DNA of 64,000 nt from Bugula neritina (GCA_964035545.1 OZ037773.1:7903751-7967750); one strand, 5' to 3'. Positions 1-13,411 are shown, numbered from the stretch's first letter. The notes: a model not told the origin generated them from the sequence alone. Made by a program: numbers and translations.

Positions 1-2170
1 TATTCAGCCCGTATGGTAACTTTAAATACATGGCAACCAACCATTAGATTTGATAATAGTTTCATGAATTTGCCTAATGGAACTATGGAACCTGCATGCT
101 ATAAAGAAAAGGCTAACCCTGAACTATTAGCTAAAAATCATAACAGAGGCATTGTATTTCAAGACTTTAGCAGCTTACAACAATGCATGTCACTAACTAA
201 ACATTATCTATTAACTGCCATCTTGTTTTGCCTAAACTTATTGCCAAAAATCAATGAGGCAAGCTCATCGAAGCACTAAAACTTGTATATGAGTTAGATT
301 GGTGTATAGTATGTATATATTGTATTGTTTACTAGTTAATTATATTCCTAATATTGAAGTTGAATTGGTGTATCATTTATAACAATTTTTACATAAAAAT
401 GCATGTAGTAAAAATTTTAGCATACCTTTGCAATATCTCTAATGTTTAAACTTACAGCAAAAAGTTGATTTGACTGAATTCATTTTAAGTTGGACATGCT
501 ACTCAACATGTTAAATTGATAATTATAACTATCATTGGTGTCATCAAAAAGCCTATATTAAACTATAGTGATATAGTATATCTGCAAATCATAATGCATA
601 TTCATTGATTATAGATTAACATTAATTTTTATCTACAACAATATTGCTAATCTAGACCATAGGTTTCTTTGTCTCTCTATTACTGCACACGCTTCACGCT
701 CTCACAATTTTGATGGATAGGTCATACCAACATTTTTTGTTGTGTGGAAAGCTTTGGGTACAACTGTTAGACAGTATAAATGAAAGTATTAGACAGTAAT
801 CCAGTGCATTTCAAATATTATGCTAAAAAGTTTTTTCAATATTTTGTCAATGTGTGCAAGGTTCTTTTGGAGTTTATAATTGATAGAGGCTTAAAAATAT
901 TTCAAGCAGTCTAATCAGATATTTACATTTTAATAAGTGTTTGTTGCTCAACCCTATGAGGAAATGACAATAACCAGACCACCCCATTGAGTAGACAGAA
1001 GTGGTAGCCACATGGAAGTGCAAATAGCTGCTAAATCTGTTAAGCAGTTGGTTATCTCTGGTCAACTAACAAAATGCTAAATAGGTAACTTAGTGCAATA
1101 TTGGTTAAACTCATGTTGTTCTCTGTTATACTGTGAGAACCTACATGTTTATGATAACTTTAACATTTGTAAAAGTTTATATTTTGTTAAAAGAAGGTTG
1201 ATCGGGTGCACTGACACATGAAGCCTTTGTCTAACACTTTCAACAAATCTCATAAGTGTTGATGTATAATACAAAGAGAAATCTGAAATGTGTAACATTC
1301 TTAGTTTCTTAAAGCTCCATTTGTAAGCTTGTAAGCTCCAAAAGTTTTTCACTTTTCTTTTATACTAAAGTTTAAGCTGATTTGTTTATATAGTTGATTA
1401 CGGGCTTGTCGATACAGAATTAAGCTTTAAGAAAGTTTATTCAAAGTACTAAAAAATTTGAATATATATAAATGAAGTAAACAATTTTCTACATTGCATC
1501 ATACTTCAGAAAACGTTACCATCTAAGAACTTTAAGTGTCGCGGCATATGTTTGCTAGCAATCAGATCTTTAATAAACTGAAACATGCAAATTTATGTAC
1601 AATTTGCACTGCCAAACCTGTTGATGTATGTCCTAGCAATTATACTATTAGATATTAGGTAAATGTAGCTGTACTGAATTAGTTATGCTTATTTAATTTT
1701 GCTCAAAGCAACTGTTGGATTATTATAGTTAATGGAAGCATAATTAATTACTAAGAATGTAGCAATATGATATCATGAAAAGTAATTATTGTTTACTAAG
1801 ATAGCATAATATATATTTTCAGTGCTATCATCTCCTATAGCAACAATTTGCACAGAGTTTGCATTTCTTATTTCTTATTTAGATGATATAGATATAATAA
1901 ATAAAAGTTTACATCGTATATAACTCTAGTTTATATGCATTTTGTAACAAGGAAAAGTCAAGAGAGTTAAAAATGTATAAAACATAAAAATTTACTTGCT
2001 GCAAAATTAGCATATAAGCTACTCAAAAATATTGCTAGAAAAAAGAATGTTGTGTTTATACTAAATATTATTGTTGAAGAATAACATTTAAGAACTATTA
2101 CAAAGAACTTGCTGGACAGTACAATTATAGCCGTTATGTATTTCATCAAACTTTATTTTGTTTTTTGTAG

Positions 2171-2220
2171 GTGTGGACATTCCAAAACATTCTTCTAAAG
2201 ATGAGTGGAGAGAAATTTAA
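2171..2220 (+). CDS. Possible terminal coding exon (xVDIPKHSSKDEWREI*) of a gene entering from upstream
   Basis: Strong acceptor (ttttgttttttgtag|) followed by a short open frame ending in TAA. No upstream exon was identified in the window and no homology was recognised. Confidence 0.25.
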
Positions 2221-3619
2221 TAGAGAAATTGGTTGTATTTTTAACATTGAAGATATAAATTACAGTTGTTTAACCTAAGTAAATGAATATAGCAGAAATA
2301 TTGGGTTTGTTGACTTTTTAGTAAGCACCAGTTCAAAGGAAATTATTTACTGCATTGTAACCTTTGTTGTGGCAGAAATGATGCCAGTTTGCTATTAACA
2401 AAAAATTTAATTCCACAACTCCTTCCTGAATGCTTTCTGTGCACTAACAGCATGTTACGGAACATATGCTTTCTTTGTTTGAGATTGATGACCTGTATTT
2501 TTTTTAATGCCAATGGATAATCATGACAGACACAAAACTAGAACTTTAATTAGAAAACATTATGTTGACTGGCTAGAACATTTTCATCTAGGTTTTCTAC
2601 GGCAGGTTGCCAAGACATCCAATAGAGTTTCTTTGTGTATAGCAAGTTTAACTGTCAATGACCATAACATTTGTTGTTTTATTTGAAATCACAAGTCTCA
2701 AAGCTAGAATGTATTTTGATGCAGGAAGTGCTCAAGTGTTCCAGTCAGCATAAAAGCAAAACAAGAAGAACCACTACAGAACTGCCTCTATTTGTTCATG
2801 AGATGTCACTTGGGCATAGTTAGGCTATGTGCTTTTAGTTCTTCCTTTGTAAACTAGATTTTATGATAAAGTTTAAACTAAATTTTCATCCTTGTTTTAT
2901 TTTAATTCTACTATACCAACCTATAAGACTTTGAATTACTTGACCTTTTACTGATATAAACTTTCATTGAGAGCATGCAGCCAATAACTTTGAGACTAAA
3001 TTTCAAGGAATAAGTTACAAAGCTCAGCAACTGAAAATATATTTTATATTATCTAGATGCACGTCTGCTTTTACAGTTATCAATTAATCAAATGCTACAA
3101 CTAAGGAAGTGATTAATGAGTTTGTTGGGAATATGGGAAGATCTCTGGTGGTAGACATTAGGATACAGTAGACCAATATGAAGCTCTGACTTAAAAAGAT
3201 ATCTCAATAATCATAGACAGACATAGACAGCTCAAAGCTGTCTGACCAGAATAATAATAATTTTCTTATATTGTTGGCCGAAAATTAAAAACAGAATACA
3301 TGGTATTTAAAAACTTTTAAAAACACAAAACATTACAATTAATTTGAAGTTTATTACAATGTATATGGAAAGTTAAATGTTTAATACCAAAATTTCTCTA
3401 AATAAATATAAATATTATAGTAAGCTAAATAGCCTAATGCCCCAAACAGGGTAGGGGATAAAATTCTCAAGTCTCTAAACCTGATGACGTACATTGTTAT
3501 CATGATTTCTATATTAGGCTTCCTCTTAACAACTCTTACAAGAGATAAGTGAATAACAAAACTATGCAAGGCTCTACAAACTATTAAACCAACTTTTTCA
3601 AAGCAAAGGTCACTGAAAA

Positions 3620-3940
3620 GGAATATTCTGGTGGTGAGGGCCACATTGTAAACTTCAGTTTGAGCTGGAGGGGGGGGGGGGCACAGCATCAATATTTTTC
3701 AAGTTATTTTATTCCAAATTCTTATTAATCGTTACACAATAAAGTCCCAACAGTCAATGCAGGCTGCATGTTTTGTAGCATGTATATAGAATATAAATAA
3801 GACATTTGAAAGATGGTTTTCCATTAACTAACTATGTATATACGGTGAAATTAATTTTAGTTTTATGTCATTGGGGGCCACATATTATATATAGGCTGAG
3901 GGCCACATGCGGTCCTGGGGCCGCCTGTTGGACAGCCCTG
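3620..3940. mobile_element. Degenerate hAT-like non-autonomous DNA element (MITE relic)
   Basis: The right end GTTGGACAGCCCTG (3927-3940, reverse complement CAGGGCTGTCCAAC) is preceded by GGGCCACAT/GGGCCGC subterminal motifs typical of hAT (Charlie/SPIN-type) ends. GAGGGCCACAT recurs near 3636. The left TIR was not found, so the left boundary is approximate. Confidence 0.4.
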
Positions 3941-5258
3941 GATTAAACAACTTGTAAAAAGATGTTTTAAGTGCACATAACTCCACATTTGCAAATAAAA
4001 AATTGAGTATAGTGTATACTAGAGAATGCTTAATTTTAAAATGTTTTCTGCGTTTATTAACAAATACCAGCTTCAATTCGTCTTATTATGTCATTATGAA
4101 CTTTCAAATCTATGTAATAGTAATTTATCACTTTCTATTTTAGTGCATACATCAGAGAACTATACCACTCTGCAAAGAGGAAGTGAATGTCTCGTATAAT
4201 ATTAAATTAGTAGAGAATTTCTTACCACGACTAAAACTTGCGGTCAGTTCATAAATACTGTAGTTATATTATTATATAATTATACATTATTATATACTAA
4301 TATATATTATTATTTAGTATTATATTTTATTATGTATTATTATATCATTTTATAAACTATTATATATATTATATAGGTATATATACAACACACGATGATA
4401 TATTGTAATGTATGTATACTGTTATATATAGTATCTAATATTATAGTATGTTGTATTCTATATTAGTATATTACACTGGTATGCTACAACATACTATATT
4501 GTATATTATTATGTATATATAAGTTACTATTGTATATGCAAGCTATATTATCTCCATCTGTGTATTTAGAAATATCCAATAACGACTTTGTTCTCTTTGA
4601 TTAATTTTATTTTACTATGTATACAATATTGAACCTGAATAAGGCAATCAGGAAATGAATTTAATCTATTTCTACAACGCTTCCGTAGATAAAACCAGCC
4701 AATATATTGATTAGATTTTGCATAGAGAATGGCAGCAGAGATGAAGTGGTTTTCAGCTGAAGTAGCACCTGCAGGTGGTGTCACGATGCAAGCAGTACAT
4801 TGCAGAGTCGCATCTCTATTTCTAACTTTCTTAGCTCTGGTAAGCAAAAAAACATGATTTTGATACTCAAAAGTTATAAAAAAAGTTTTTATAGTTGTCA
4901 TATTTGAGATGATTCCTGATGAAAATAGTTTTTCTAAATGGTCTAAGGATTTGTTTTTTATTGTGACAATTATAACTGAATGATTGTCCTAACACTATCC
5001 TTTACTGGGATTCGAACTACTGACCTTAGCCTTATTAAGCTGCTCCTGTGTTACTACAGAATTATATAAATTATGAATTAAATATGTAACTAGCGGCTAT
5101 AATAAATGTATAACAGTATATATGTTTGGTTTAATTGTCTTTCAAGCAGTTAAATAAATTGAGCCTAAAGAATTAATTATCAAACAAATACTTTTAAAAG
5201 ATAATTTTTTATGAAGATGACTTTAACTTATTGTTTCTATTGAATTGACTGTTATTTA

Positions 5259-5272
5259 GTTACCATAGCAAC
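5259..5272. promoter_or_regulatory. RFX X-box (GTTACCATAGCAAC) upstream of the lectin gene
   Basis: Full match to the X-box consensus GTNRCC-AT-RGYAAC, about 155 bp upstream of the candidate first exon. Confidence 0.5.
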
Positions 5273-5426
5273 AGATGCATCGTACTGGTTCAATAACCTG
5301 TGTGTTTTCTATCTCTGTACATATAGCTATCGGCCAACAGCTATAGTTCAAAAATTAGCTTTGCGACTCTCGAACACATATAACTCCTGCAAAAATTACT
5401 AGTTTGTAAAAAAGTGCAGTAATTGC

Positions 5427-7817
5427 ATGTGTTGGTGCTATTTTTATAGATATAAGGTAAGACTATTATAATTGATTGGTGTGGCCCTAAAATTAATTAA
5501 GGCTCATAAAACTATATATAGATAGATACAGTTAGAACAAAAAAGTTTGTATTATTCGTACAGCTTAGCTCTTAAAATAACAATTTTGTACATTGACCTT
5601 ACTAATTACTTCATAAAACAAACTTTTTTGAAGTTTATTTTGCTTAAAAACTAAAAGAATATTTTCTTTTTTAGAGCTCACATGTTTTTGGATCAACCAC
5701 AGAGAAAGAGTACAGCAAGGTCTCTCAAGATCTGGCAACTGGAACGGTACTAGAGGAGTTTTCTGTTGGGTCTGTGCAGAAGTGCTCCATTAGATGTTTG
5801 AAGCACGACTTCTGCGTGTCATTTTCATACGATGACGTAACATCTTCTTGTAAACTAGGAGGACTTCAGGCTGAATATGGCAATGGCGCACCAGGCACAG
5901 GGAGTCAAGTTTACGATCAGGGTAAGCAGAAGAAATAATCATTTTATCTAGATAATTCTTATTGCAATGTTGTTATACTTAATACTAAATATACAAAACT
6001 TTTTTGTAGCAGACATGTTTTATATAGATTTTTATTATGTTGAATAATTAAATTATTCTATGACTTCTGCTCTATAAATTTACACATTCATGCAGATAAG
6101 TTAGTTCTGTATCATCATTAGCAATATTATGACCATACTTGTATAAAAGCTCATGATAAATACAATTATCTATAAAGCTATCAACAAAATTTATAAAATT
6201 TTTCTTTACTGATTTCTAAAAATTGTTTTTATATATTAATTAGTTTTTATTATAAATCACAGTGCAGTAGAATCTGGTATACAATACAGTAAAAATGTTA
6301 TAAAATTGTAGTGGTGGATTGCGAGGAAGGGTGGGTAGCTAACCCCCACCGCAACTCATGTCTGTGGCTGGAGGCAACTACGCCCCTCACAGCAGTACAT
6401 GCCAAAATTAAGTGTGGTGAGATGAATGCTGCCTTAGCTATATTTGACAGCGAGGCAGCAGCTAACTGGTTCTACTTCATGCGAACAATTCATCCAGGTA
6501 AAAGAACGTGCTATATAACAGCCTATGCTCTATAATATTAAATATAACATGCTATACTATATTCACTGTATAACATGCTATACTACTCAATAAAACATGT
6601 ATGCTGTACTATTCAATATAACACGCTATATTACTCAATACAACATGCTATAGTATTCAATGCAACATGCTATAGTATTTAATGCAGCATGCTATAGTAC
6701 TCCATGTGCAATGTGCTATATAAGTATTACTAATGGTGTATCATGATGTAGCAGACAATAAGCTATAAAATTCAATACACTAAAATACTGCCTTTATTAG
6801 GATATAATATACTAATATATCAATATATTATTAGATGCAATACAACAAGAAATATAATATAATATAATAGTTTAATACATATCATCACTATTGCAGTCTG
6901 CAAATATGACAAGAACTGCTTTCATTTTGAACTGATCTAACATCCACCATTAGCCGTCACTTAGCCTTACCAGCTGTCTTTATCTGTATTCATCTTCCTC
7001 CTGCTACTTCCCTTCACATGGGTACAAGCACTCGTGCTGAAAATGCATATCAAAGTTCTAAAATTGTTGAAAAGCAATTACACTGATTATTTTAAACAAT
7101 TGATAAGTTTTTAACCAGAAGCATCAATTGAATCATTATACTATGTTTAGCTTGACATAATATGAAATAAAATAGAATTTGCTTATTTATCGTACATGTA
7201 ATGCATTTATAGCGGCATGTTGTAAAAATAATCATTAAAAAAATCTCTATTTTACTATGATCTATGAATTAAAATACTGTTATTGGCTACTACCACCACT
7301 CCACTCGCACAGGAGATCACGGCGGTGAAAGGTGACCATTGCATGGCTACTGGTTTTTAAAACTTTAAACCTTTAAAACTGTATTAGCTTTTATTGTTAA
7401 ATCCTCTTCATCTCAATTTGCATTACTTTTTATGCTTGTTGTTTAAATAAGATATTTCTCTTATGATAGGAGCCTAAATTGATTATTTGGACAAACTTTG
7501 GTGAAAATTTGCAATAAACTCGGTTTCAAACTCTTTTTGAAGTACTCCTAGTTATCAATTATATAATTTCAGTTTGGAAGGAACAGTACTTCGTGATAGT
7601 TGGAGGTAAGAAAGATGTGGACACAGACACCTGGATGTGGGACAACGGCAGCACTGATCAGCTGAGTGCCGCTGACTTTGCTAACGGAAGTCCGAACTCT
7701 GACACAAACTCTGACTACTGTTTGAATCACTTTGAGAATAGCTGGGGTCCGGGATGGGATGATTTGGACTGCATAGGAGTGGCTTTGCCATACTTGTGTG
7801 AAAAAGCTCTCAACTAA
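5427..7817 (+). CDS. PAN/apple domain + C-type lectin domain protein (4 exons)
   Basis: Exons: 5427-5456 (start uncertain); 5675-5921 (CSIRCLKHDFCVSFSYDDVTSSCKL, PAN/apple cysteine pattern); 6312-6497 (CEEGW...SC...AKIKCGEMNAALA); 7573-7817 (WMWDNGS...GSPN...DYC...WDDLDC...PYLCEK, CTLD). Splice phases are consistent. Confidence 0.85.
6545..6720. repeat. Degenerate ~20-bp minisatellite (AACATGCTATACTACTCAAT-like) in a lectin intron
   Basis: Repeated aacatgctata(c/g)ta(c/t)tcaat units just after the exon 3 donor. Confidence 0.7.
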
Positions 7818-9070
7818 AGTGTGTTTGGAGTATAACCAGACATGTGACTTTACTTGTTTGAAATGTATAATTAGTCATTCACTACTAATACTGAGACATC
7901 TAAGCTTATGAAAATTATACAAGAATGCAGAGCACATCTAAATTTGATTTTATGTTCTCTGACTTAAATACATGTAATTGAAACTTTATATCTGCGTAAT
8001 AATCGCTATATTTTTTTATAAAAACCAGTTTAATAAAAGTTTATATTGCTTGACTGTTATTTTCATAACTTGGCAAACTAAATTGCCGAAAGCTTCTTTT
8101 TATAATCATATATACTACTATTAAAATATATTGATATACATACAAGGTACTGCAGTTCATAAATGTTATAAAAAAGGCAGCTGCAGTCAACCCTGGTTTT
8201 ATTTATAATATAACCCTTCCCATGCTGACAAAAGTGTGGGAGAATTAAATAAAGTTGATAAAAAAACTGTATTGCCTTTTTATATTTATTGTAACTGTTG
8301 AAACATAAGAAGTACTAATTTACAAATGTTCCCTAAATCAACTGAAAGTTTAAAAAACCCCTCAATTTCAGATTCATTATACTTGTTTGCATGACTCTTT
8401 ACAGAGTTTTTCTAGATTGAAAACTGAATGTTAATCTGTATCGATTTATTGTTGACAATATTTGACTGAGTCAATAGTAATTATGTTGTCTCAGTCAACA
8501 ATTTTATTAGGAGCAGTCAAATCTATCTCTGTCGCTTTTATGGGAGTGTTCATTTTATTTTAATCATAGCAGTGTTAGGCCAAAAACTTTTAATCCTATT
8601 TAGCAGAAACATAAGTGTTCTTGTTAAATACTTTTCGCGGTAATAAATATGATTTGCTTACAAATAAATTAGCTAAGAACTGGTTTGCTAAACACTGGTC
8701 AGAATTTTTGACAAAGTTTGACTAGAGACAAGATAAGTTGTGTTGTCTACCATGATATATTTCAATAGCAGAGGGGGCTTTGCTTATGACATCAAAGTAT
8801 ACGAAAATTATATTTAAAACATTCCATGAGCAGCCCTACATGAAGCCACCACATTTGAGAATGCATATAAGCTCTGCACCTATGAAATACAGCCTGGGGG
8901 TTGCTTGTATCCATTGAACTATAACCCCCCAGTTTCAGTTCAGTGGTTGTATCAGTCACCAGCCTCTATTGAACAGCAAGCAACAGTTAGGCTTTCTTCA
9001 GCAAAGCGAATCTTATGCGATTTCAAGCGTGCAAAACCATGTGCTTATGTTGAGGCTTCTGTTCACTTGT

Positions 9071-9400
9071 TCTATCACGTGACGTGTTGTCATAGAGCCA
9101 ATGAAAACTATTTACACATGACTAAAAATGTCTTATAATAAATTATTCTAATTATATAAGTATAATAATTTGAATTTTTTAATTAAAGGACATAAATAAT
9201 TATTTACAAATCATATGACAATAATAAACCTTATATTACACTTGATGAAATTTTGAAATGCATTAGGTATAAAGTGACAAAGATTCTTTAATACTCAGAC
9301 TCGCTGTAATGTTTTGCTGCTTGACCAATCAACTTCTTAGGATAACAATCACTAATGTTTTCAGCTTTAGCACGAGTGCATACAATTTGCTTCAGTGAGT
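9071..9400 (+). promoter_or_regulatory. Probable CCDC61 promoter and non-coding first exon
   Basis: Contains CACGTG/TGACGT (9076-9085), X-box-like GTTGTCATAGAGCC (9086-9099), CCAAT boxes (about 9098 and 9325) and a GTGAGT donor at 9395-9400. A matching acceptor lies 7 nt before the CCDC61 ATG. Confidence 0.4.
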
Positions 9401-9721
9401 GCGTTTTATTGAAGTACCACGTCAACGTCACGTCCAGTAGGATAAAATTAAAGCGCAAATGCTAGCATTCTAGCGGTAGTTCAAATGTTTGTTACACTAA
9501 AAAATAAAATGTCAACTCAGTTACAGTAACACCAACAGAGCTAGTCATACTCAAAGTGTGAGTTACATAACAAAGCAATAATATCCTCATAATTGTATCT
9601 CCCTAAAGGTCTAAATTGTCAAAAGCTCAACTCGGTGACTAATACTTTTAATTCGTTAAAACCTAAACTGTAAAGTTTAGTTTATCATTATCATTATGAC
9701 ATTATGATTATCATTATGATT

Positions 9722-12504
9722 AACTCACCTCGTAACTCACCTCGTAAAAATTAGAACACTCTGCTAACACCTACAGGCGCAAAATTATGAGTGCCTCTTA
9801 TGTTGTTTTGTTTGGGTTTACCATGTGTTGAAATGTATCTGTTCTAGCATGTAGCTAAGTTTGGATATTTTAATTGTAATGTAAAGGGGTTTTAGCACAT
9901 AGCTAAGCTGAGTTTGTGTTATGAGGTGGTATCCTCAAATCTCTGATGCTTCGAGGGAGAAAACTGTTGTGAAAAGTCTGTGAGGATGCAGAAATTGATG
10001 TTGGTTCTCCTCTCTTAGCAGATCGAGTGTTTATTGACCGATTTGAATTTAATAGTTCATCATAAGCAGATGAAAGCGTTTCATGGCGCTCTTCATCTGA
10101 GAGTATTCTCATTAACAAAGTTATTCTATGGTCTCTTCGCCGGCTCGCAAGAGTTTTAAGCTGCAATTCAGTTCGAGCGTCACTGATGCCACATCTTCCT
10201 TTGAGGTTAGCGATAAACCTGATGGCTTGATTTTGAACATGTTCAATTTCCTCACAGGCACTTTTGTTAGTCGGATCCCACAACGTGTCTGCATACTCAA
10301 GGATAGGTCTACATAGACTAAGGTATGCAATTAATTTTGACTTCATGGGTGCATTGTAGATTGTATGCTTGATACAGCCAAGTATTTTGCTTGCATTGTT
10401 GACTTTAGATGTAATATGTCTGTCAAACTTTAGGTTAGACTGCATGATTACTCCAAGATATTTGGCCTCTTTAACGGTTCTAAGAGTGGTGTTACCAAGT
10501 GAATATAGATGGGAGGTGTCATCATTTTTACCAAATATAATCACTTCGCACTTATCGGTATTAAACGGCATTTTCCATTTAAGTGACCAGTTATAAAGTG
10601 AGTTTAGGTCTCTCTGAAAAGCTTCCTGTTGTATTTTGTTGTTAACTTCAGCATATAGAAGTGTGTCGTCAGCATATAGACTAACTTTGCATGAGACAGA
10701 TTGAGGGAGATCATTGATGTAAATTAGGAAGAGTGTTGGTCCAAGAACTGATCCTTGGGGGACTCCAGATGTTACACTTAGTTCAGATGATTCTGTCCCT
10801 TTGATCACCACTTTTTGACTTCTGTCAGTCAAAAAGCTCTGTATCCAATTGGCAATAAATGGGTCAATTCCTTTAATTCGCCTGATTTTCTCTATGAGCA
10901 GTAAATGAGGAACTTTATCGAAGGCCTTTTTAAAATCTAGAATTACTGCGTGAGTAGTTGATGAGTTGTCGGCGGCTCTTGCAAGATCATGAAAAGTTGC
11001 ACACAATTGAGTGTCACATGAAAGGCCACGTCTAAATCCATGTTGTCTATTAACCAAAATTGAATCTAGTGTTTTATTTAGATAGTGTAATATAATATGT
11101 TCTAGCATTTTGCAGGGGATACTTGTCAATGAAATAGGTCGATAATTGCATGGCTTCTCTTTTTCACCTTTCTTATATATAGGAGTGATGTTGGCAGTCT
11201 TCCATGCACCTGGGAGCACACTTTGTTTTAATGAAGCAGCGAAGATATGCTGAAGACACTCTGCATTGATATTGGGGTTTATTAGTAATTGGCATTTGCG
11301 GATCTGGTCTGGGCCGGGAGATTTATTATTTTTAAGGTCAGCAATAAGTTTTTCAACACCATCTAATGTGATGGGAAATGGTTCCGTTTGAGTTGAAAGA
11401 AGTGGGAGTTTTGATATACTTTCTTGGTGGCAGAACTGTGAGTGAAAGTATTTATTTAGTTCGTTGGTGATTATCTTACTGTCAGTGGTTGGAAGGCCAT
11501 CCATAAGTGTCATAGTCTCTAAAGGATGCTGTTGATTTTGTTTGTACCTAAGATGTTTGTAAAAAGGTTTGCTGTTCCCCTTTTCCAAGGGTTTACAAAT
11601 TTTATATAGCAAATAATTCTTTTTGAGCTTTTTGAGTTCTTTCTTGTTGTTCCGGCGGTGCTGCTTATATTTATTTAAGTAGTATGGATCTCCAGTTTGT
11701 TTGTACTTTCTGTGTGTATTGTGTTGCTTGTCTATCATTTTTTTAATATGTTTGTTAAACCAAGGTGGTTGATCTTCATTTCTGACATGTATAGTTTCGA
11801 GTGGAACAGAATCAAGTATGGCTTCATCAAGTGATCTTTTGTAAATATCCCACATTTTATGAACATCACTTAGGTTTTTAATTTGATGAAGAGCTTCAGT
11901 CATTTTTTCAGTAAAGACTTGAACGTTTGCCTTCTGATAGACAAAGATTTCCTTGGTATTTTTACAATTGTGTTGTTGGTGCATCATTGTTTCTACTTTA
12001 AGCTTCAGGGTTATAATATAGTGGTCGCTTAGGCCAGGGATTACCACATCTGGGGGATCTGTTGTAAGGGTGTTAGAGAGGCATATCAGATCAAGAGTGT
12101 TTCCGTGAATGTGTGTAGGTTCTGTAACCATCTGGTATAAGTTATGTTCGTAAAGCATATTGAGAAATTGTAGATGGATAGCTTTGTAGGATGAATTGGG
12201 TTTAATAGTTTTGGTAACCCAGTCTAGTCCTGGGAGATTCATATCACCAAGTAAAATTATGTTGCAGTTGGAATATTTATATTTGATGGAGCTAAGTATG
12301 TTACTAATTTGTTTGATATTTGGAGTTGATGTCCTCGGTCTATAGTAACAACATATAACTAGGTTAGTTGGAATAAGGATAATTACTATTTCTTCATTAT
12401 AAGTTTCAACGGAAACATTTCTGGCTTTAAGCTTTGCTTTGATTGCAATCATGACTCCTCCTCCGTGTATGTTTCTGTCATTTCTAAAGAAGTCTAAACC
12501 ATAT
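9722..12504 (-). mobile_element. 5'-truncated CR1-clade non-LTR retrotransposon (LINE)
   Basis: Uninterrupted ORF2 with a partial APE endonuclease and RT. The 3' end carries (ACGAGGTGAGTT)x2. The element is flanked by a 14-bp direct repeat TTATCATTATGATT (9708-9721 and 12505-12518). Confidence 0.92.
9903..12452 (-). CDS. LINE ORF2 endonuclease-reverse transcriptase (N-terminally truncated)
   Basis: EN motifs: GDMNLP, GNTLDL, SDH. RT motifs: YRPISLTS, QHGFR, DFKKAFDKVPH, GVPQGSVLGP, YADD, KYLGV. CR1-type C-terminal RPILEY..WDP and SFLPR. The frame continues upstream of the Met as FFRNDRNIHGGGV to about 12505. Confidence 0.93.
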   Translation of the reverse strand: MIAIKAKLKARNVSVETYNEEIVIILIPTNLVICCYYRPRTSTPNIKQISNILSSIKYKYSNCNIILLGDMNLPGLDWVTKTIKPNSSYKAIHLQFLNMLYEHNLYQMVTEPTHIHGNTLDLICLSNTLTTDPPDVVIPGLSDHYIITLKLKVETMMHQQHNCKNTKEIFVYQKANVQVFTEKMTEALHQIKNLSDVHKMWDIYKRSLDEAILDSVPLETIHVRNEDQPPWFNKHIKKMIDKQHNTHRKYKQTGDPYYLNKYKQHRRNNKKELKKLKKNYLLYKICKPLEKGNSKPFYKHLRYKQNQQHPLETMTLMDGLPTTDSKIITNELNKYFHSQFCHQESISKLPLLSTQTEPFPITLDGVEKLIADLKNNKSPGPDQIRKCQLLINPNINAECLQHIFAASLKQSVLPGAWKTANITPIYKKGEKEKPCNYRPISLTSIPCKMLEHIILHYLNKTLDSILVNRQHGFRRGLSCDTQLCATFHDLARAADNSSTTHAVILDFKKAFDKVPHLLLIEKIRRIKGIDPFIANWIQSFLTDRSQKVVIKGTESSELSVTSGVPQGSVLGPTLFLIYINDLPQSVSCKVSLYADDTLLYAEVNNKIQQEAFQRDLNSLYNWSLKWKMPFNTDKCEVIIFGKNDDTSHLYSLGNTTLRTVKEAKYLGVIMQSNLKFDRHITSKVNNASKILGCIKHTIYNAPMKSKLIAYLSLCRPILEYADTLWDPTNKSACEEIEHVQNQAIRFIANLKGRCGISDARTELQLKTLASRRRDHRITLLMRILSDEERHETLSSAYDELLNSNRSINTRSAKRGEPTSISASSQTFHNSFLPRSIRDLRIPPHNTNSA

Positions 12505-13411
12505 TTATCATTATGATTTTGTTAAAATAAAAATAAATAATATTATTATTAATATTAAATATTAATAAATAATAGTTATTATTATTACCTTAATTTAAAT
12601 TTAGATTTTTATAATTAATAATACTAATAATTAATACTAATACTAATTAGTAATTACTAATACTAATAGTAATAGGCAATGGCAATACTAAAAGTAAAAG
12701 TAAATGTCTAATATTAATAGTATTAGTATTAATAATTACTAATTAGTAATAGCAGCACTAATACTGATAGTAATGCTGTAATACTAATACTAATAGGAAA
12801 TGTAATACTAATACTCATTACTAATGACTTATAACATTAGCTATTGTATTGTCAGTATTGAGTTTTGTAATATTTATCGTATGCTGATACTCACTTACAG
12901 TTACTCATACTCATGTGATGGCCATAATGATATTTATTTTATAATTTATACTTGTATATTTATATAGTTGGCTAAGTTATTGCTTATTGGTGTTTGACAG
13001 CATTTGATAAACAAGCATTTACTTGAAGATTATTTTGACTTTACACTGATTTCCTCAAATTTCTTTAAATACGTTTTTATGTTGTGTTGACTTTAAAATG
13101 ATTTGCAACCTTTAAGAAATTAAGATAATAACATTTTTTGACACAGTAACACTTTCAGCTGTAATAAACATTTTTGTTAGCGGTTCAACCCACTTTTGTT
13201 CTGTAATTCATAAATGAATGTATACATAAATTGCCTGTTTATCGCTGTTTAAGACAAACCATTCAGTCTTCGAGAGTATTTCCAGCAACCTTGCGGTAGT
13301 TCTATCGTCCAACTGCATCATTCTTATTTGTGTTTGTGTAGTTATGATTTTATAAGCTTAAATCAATTTCAAAATATTTCCTTTAACTGACATTTTATTT
13401 TTAGAATCAAA

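Noticed and set aside
13-5000. Short ORFs (60-111 aa) in the first 5 kb
   Set aside because: AT-rich composition with no recognisable domains or consistent exon chain.
5004-5032. tRNA B-box-like AGTTCGAATCCC on the minus strand (also A-box-like TGGCTAAGTGG at about 33041)
   Set aside because: No cloverleaf or paired boxes. At most these are tiny SINE relics.
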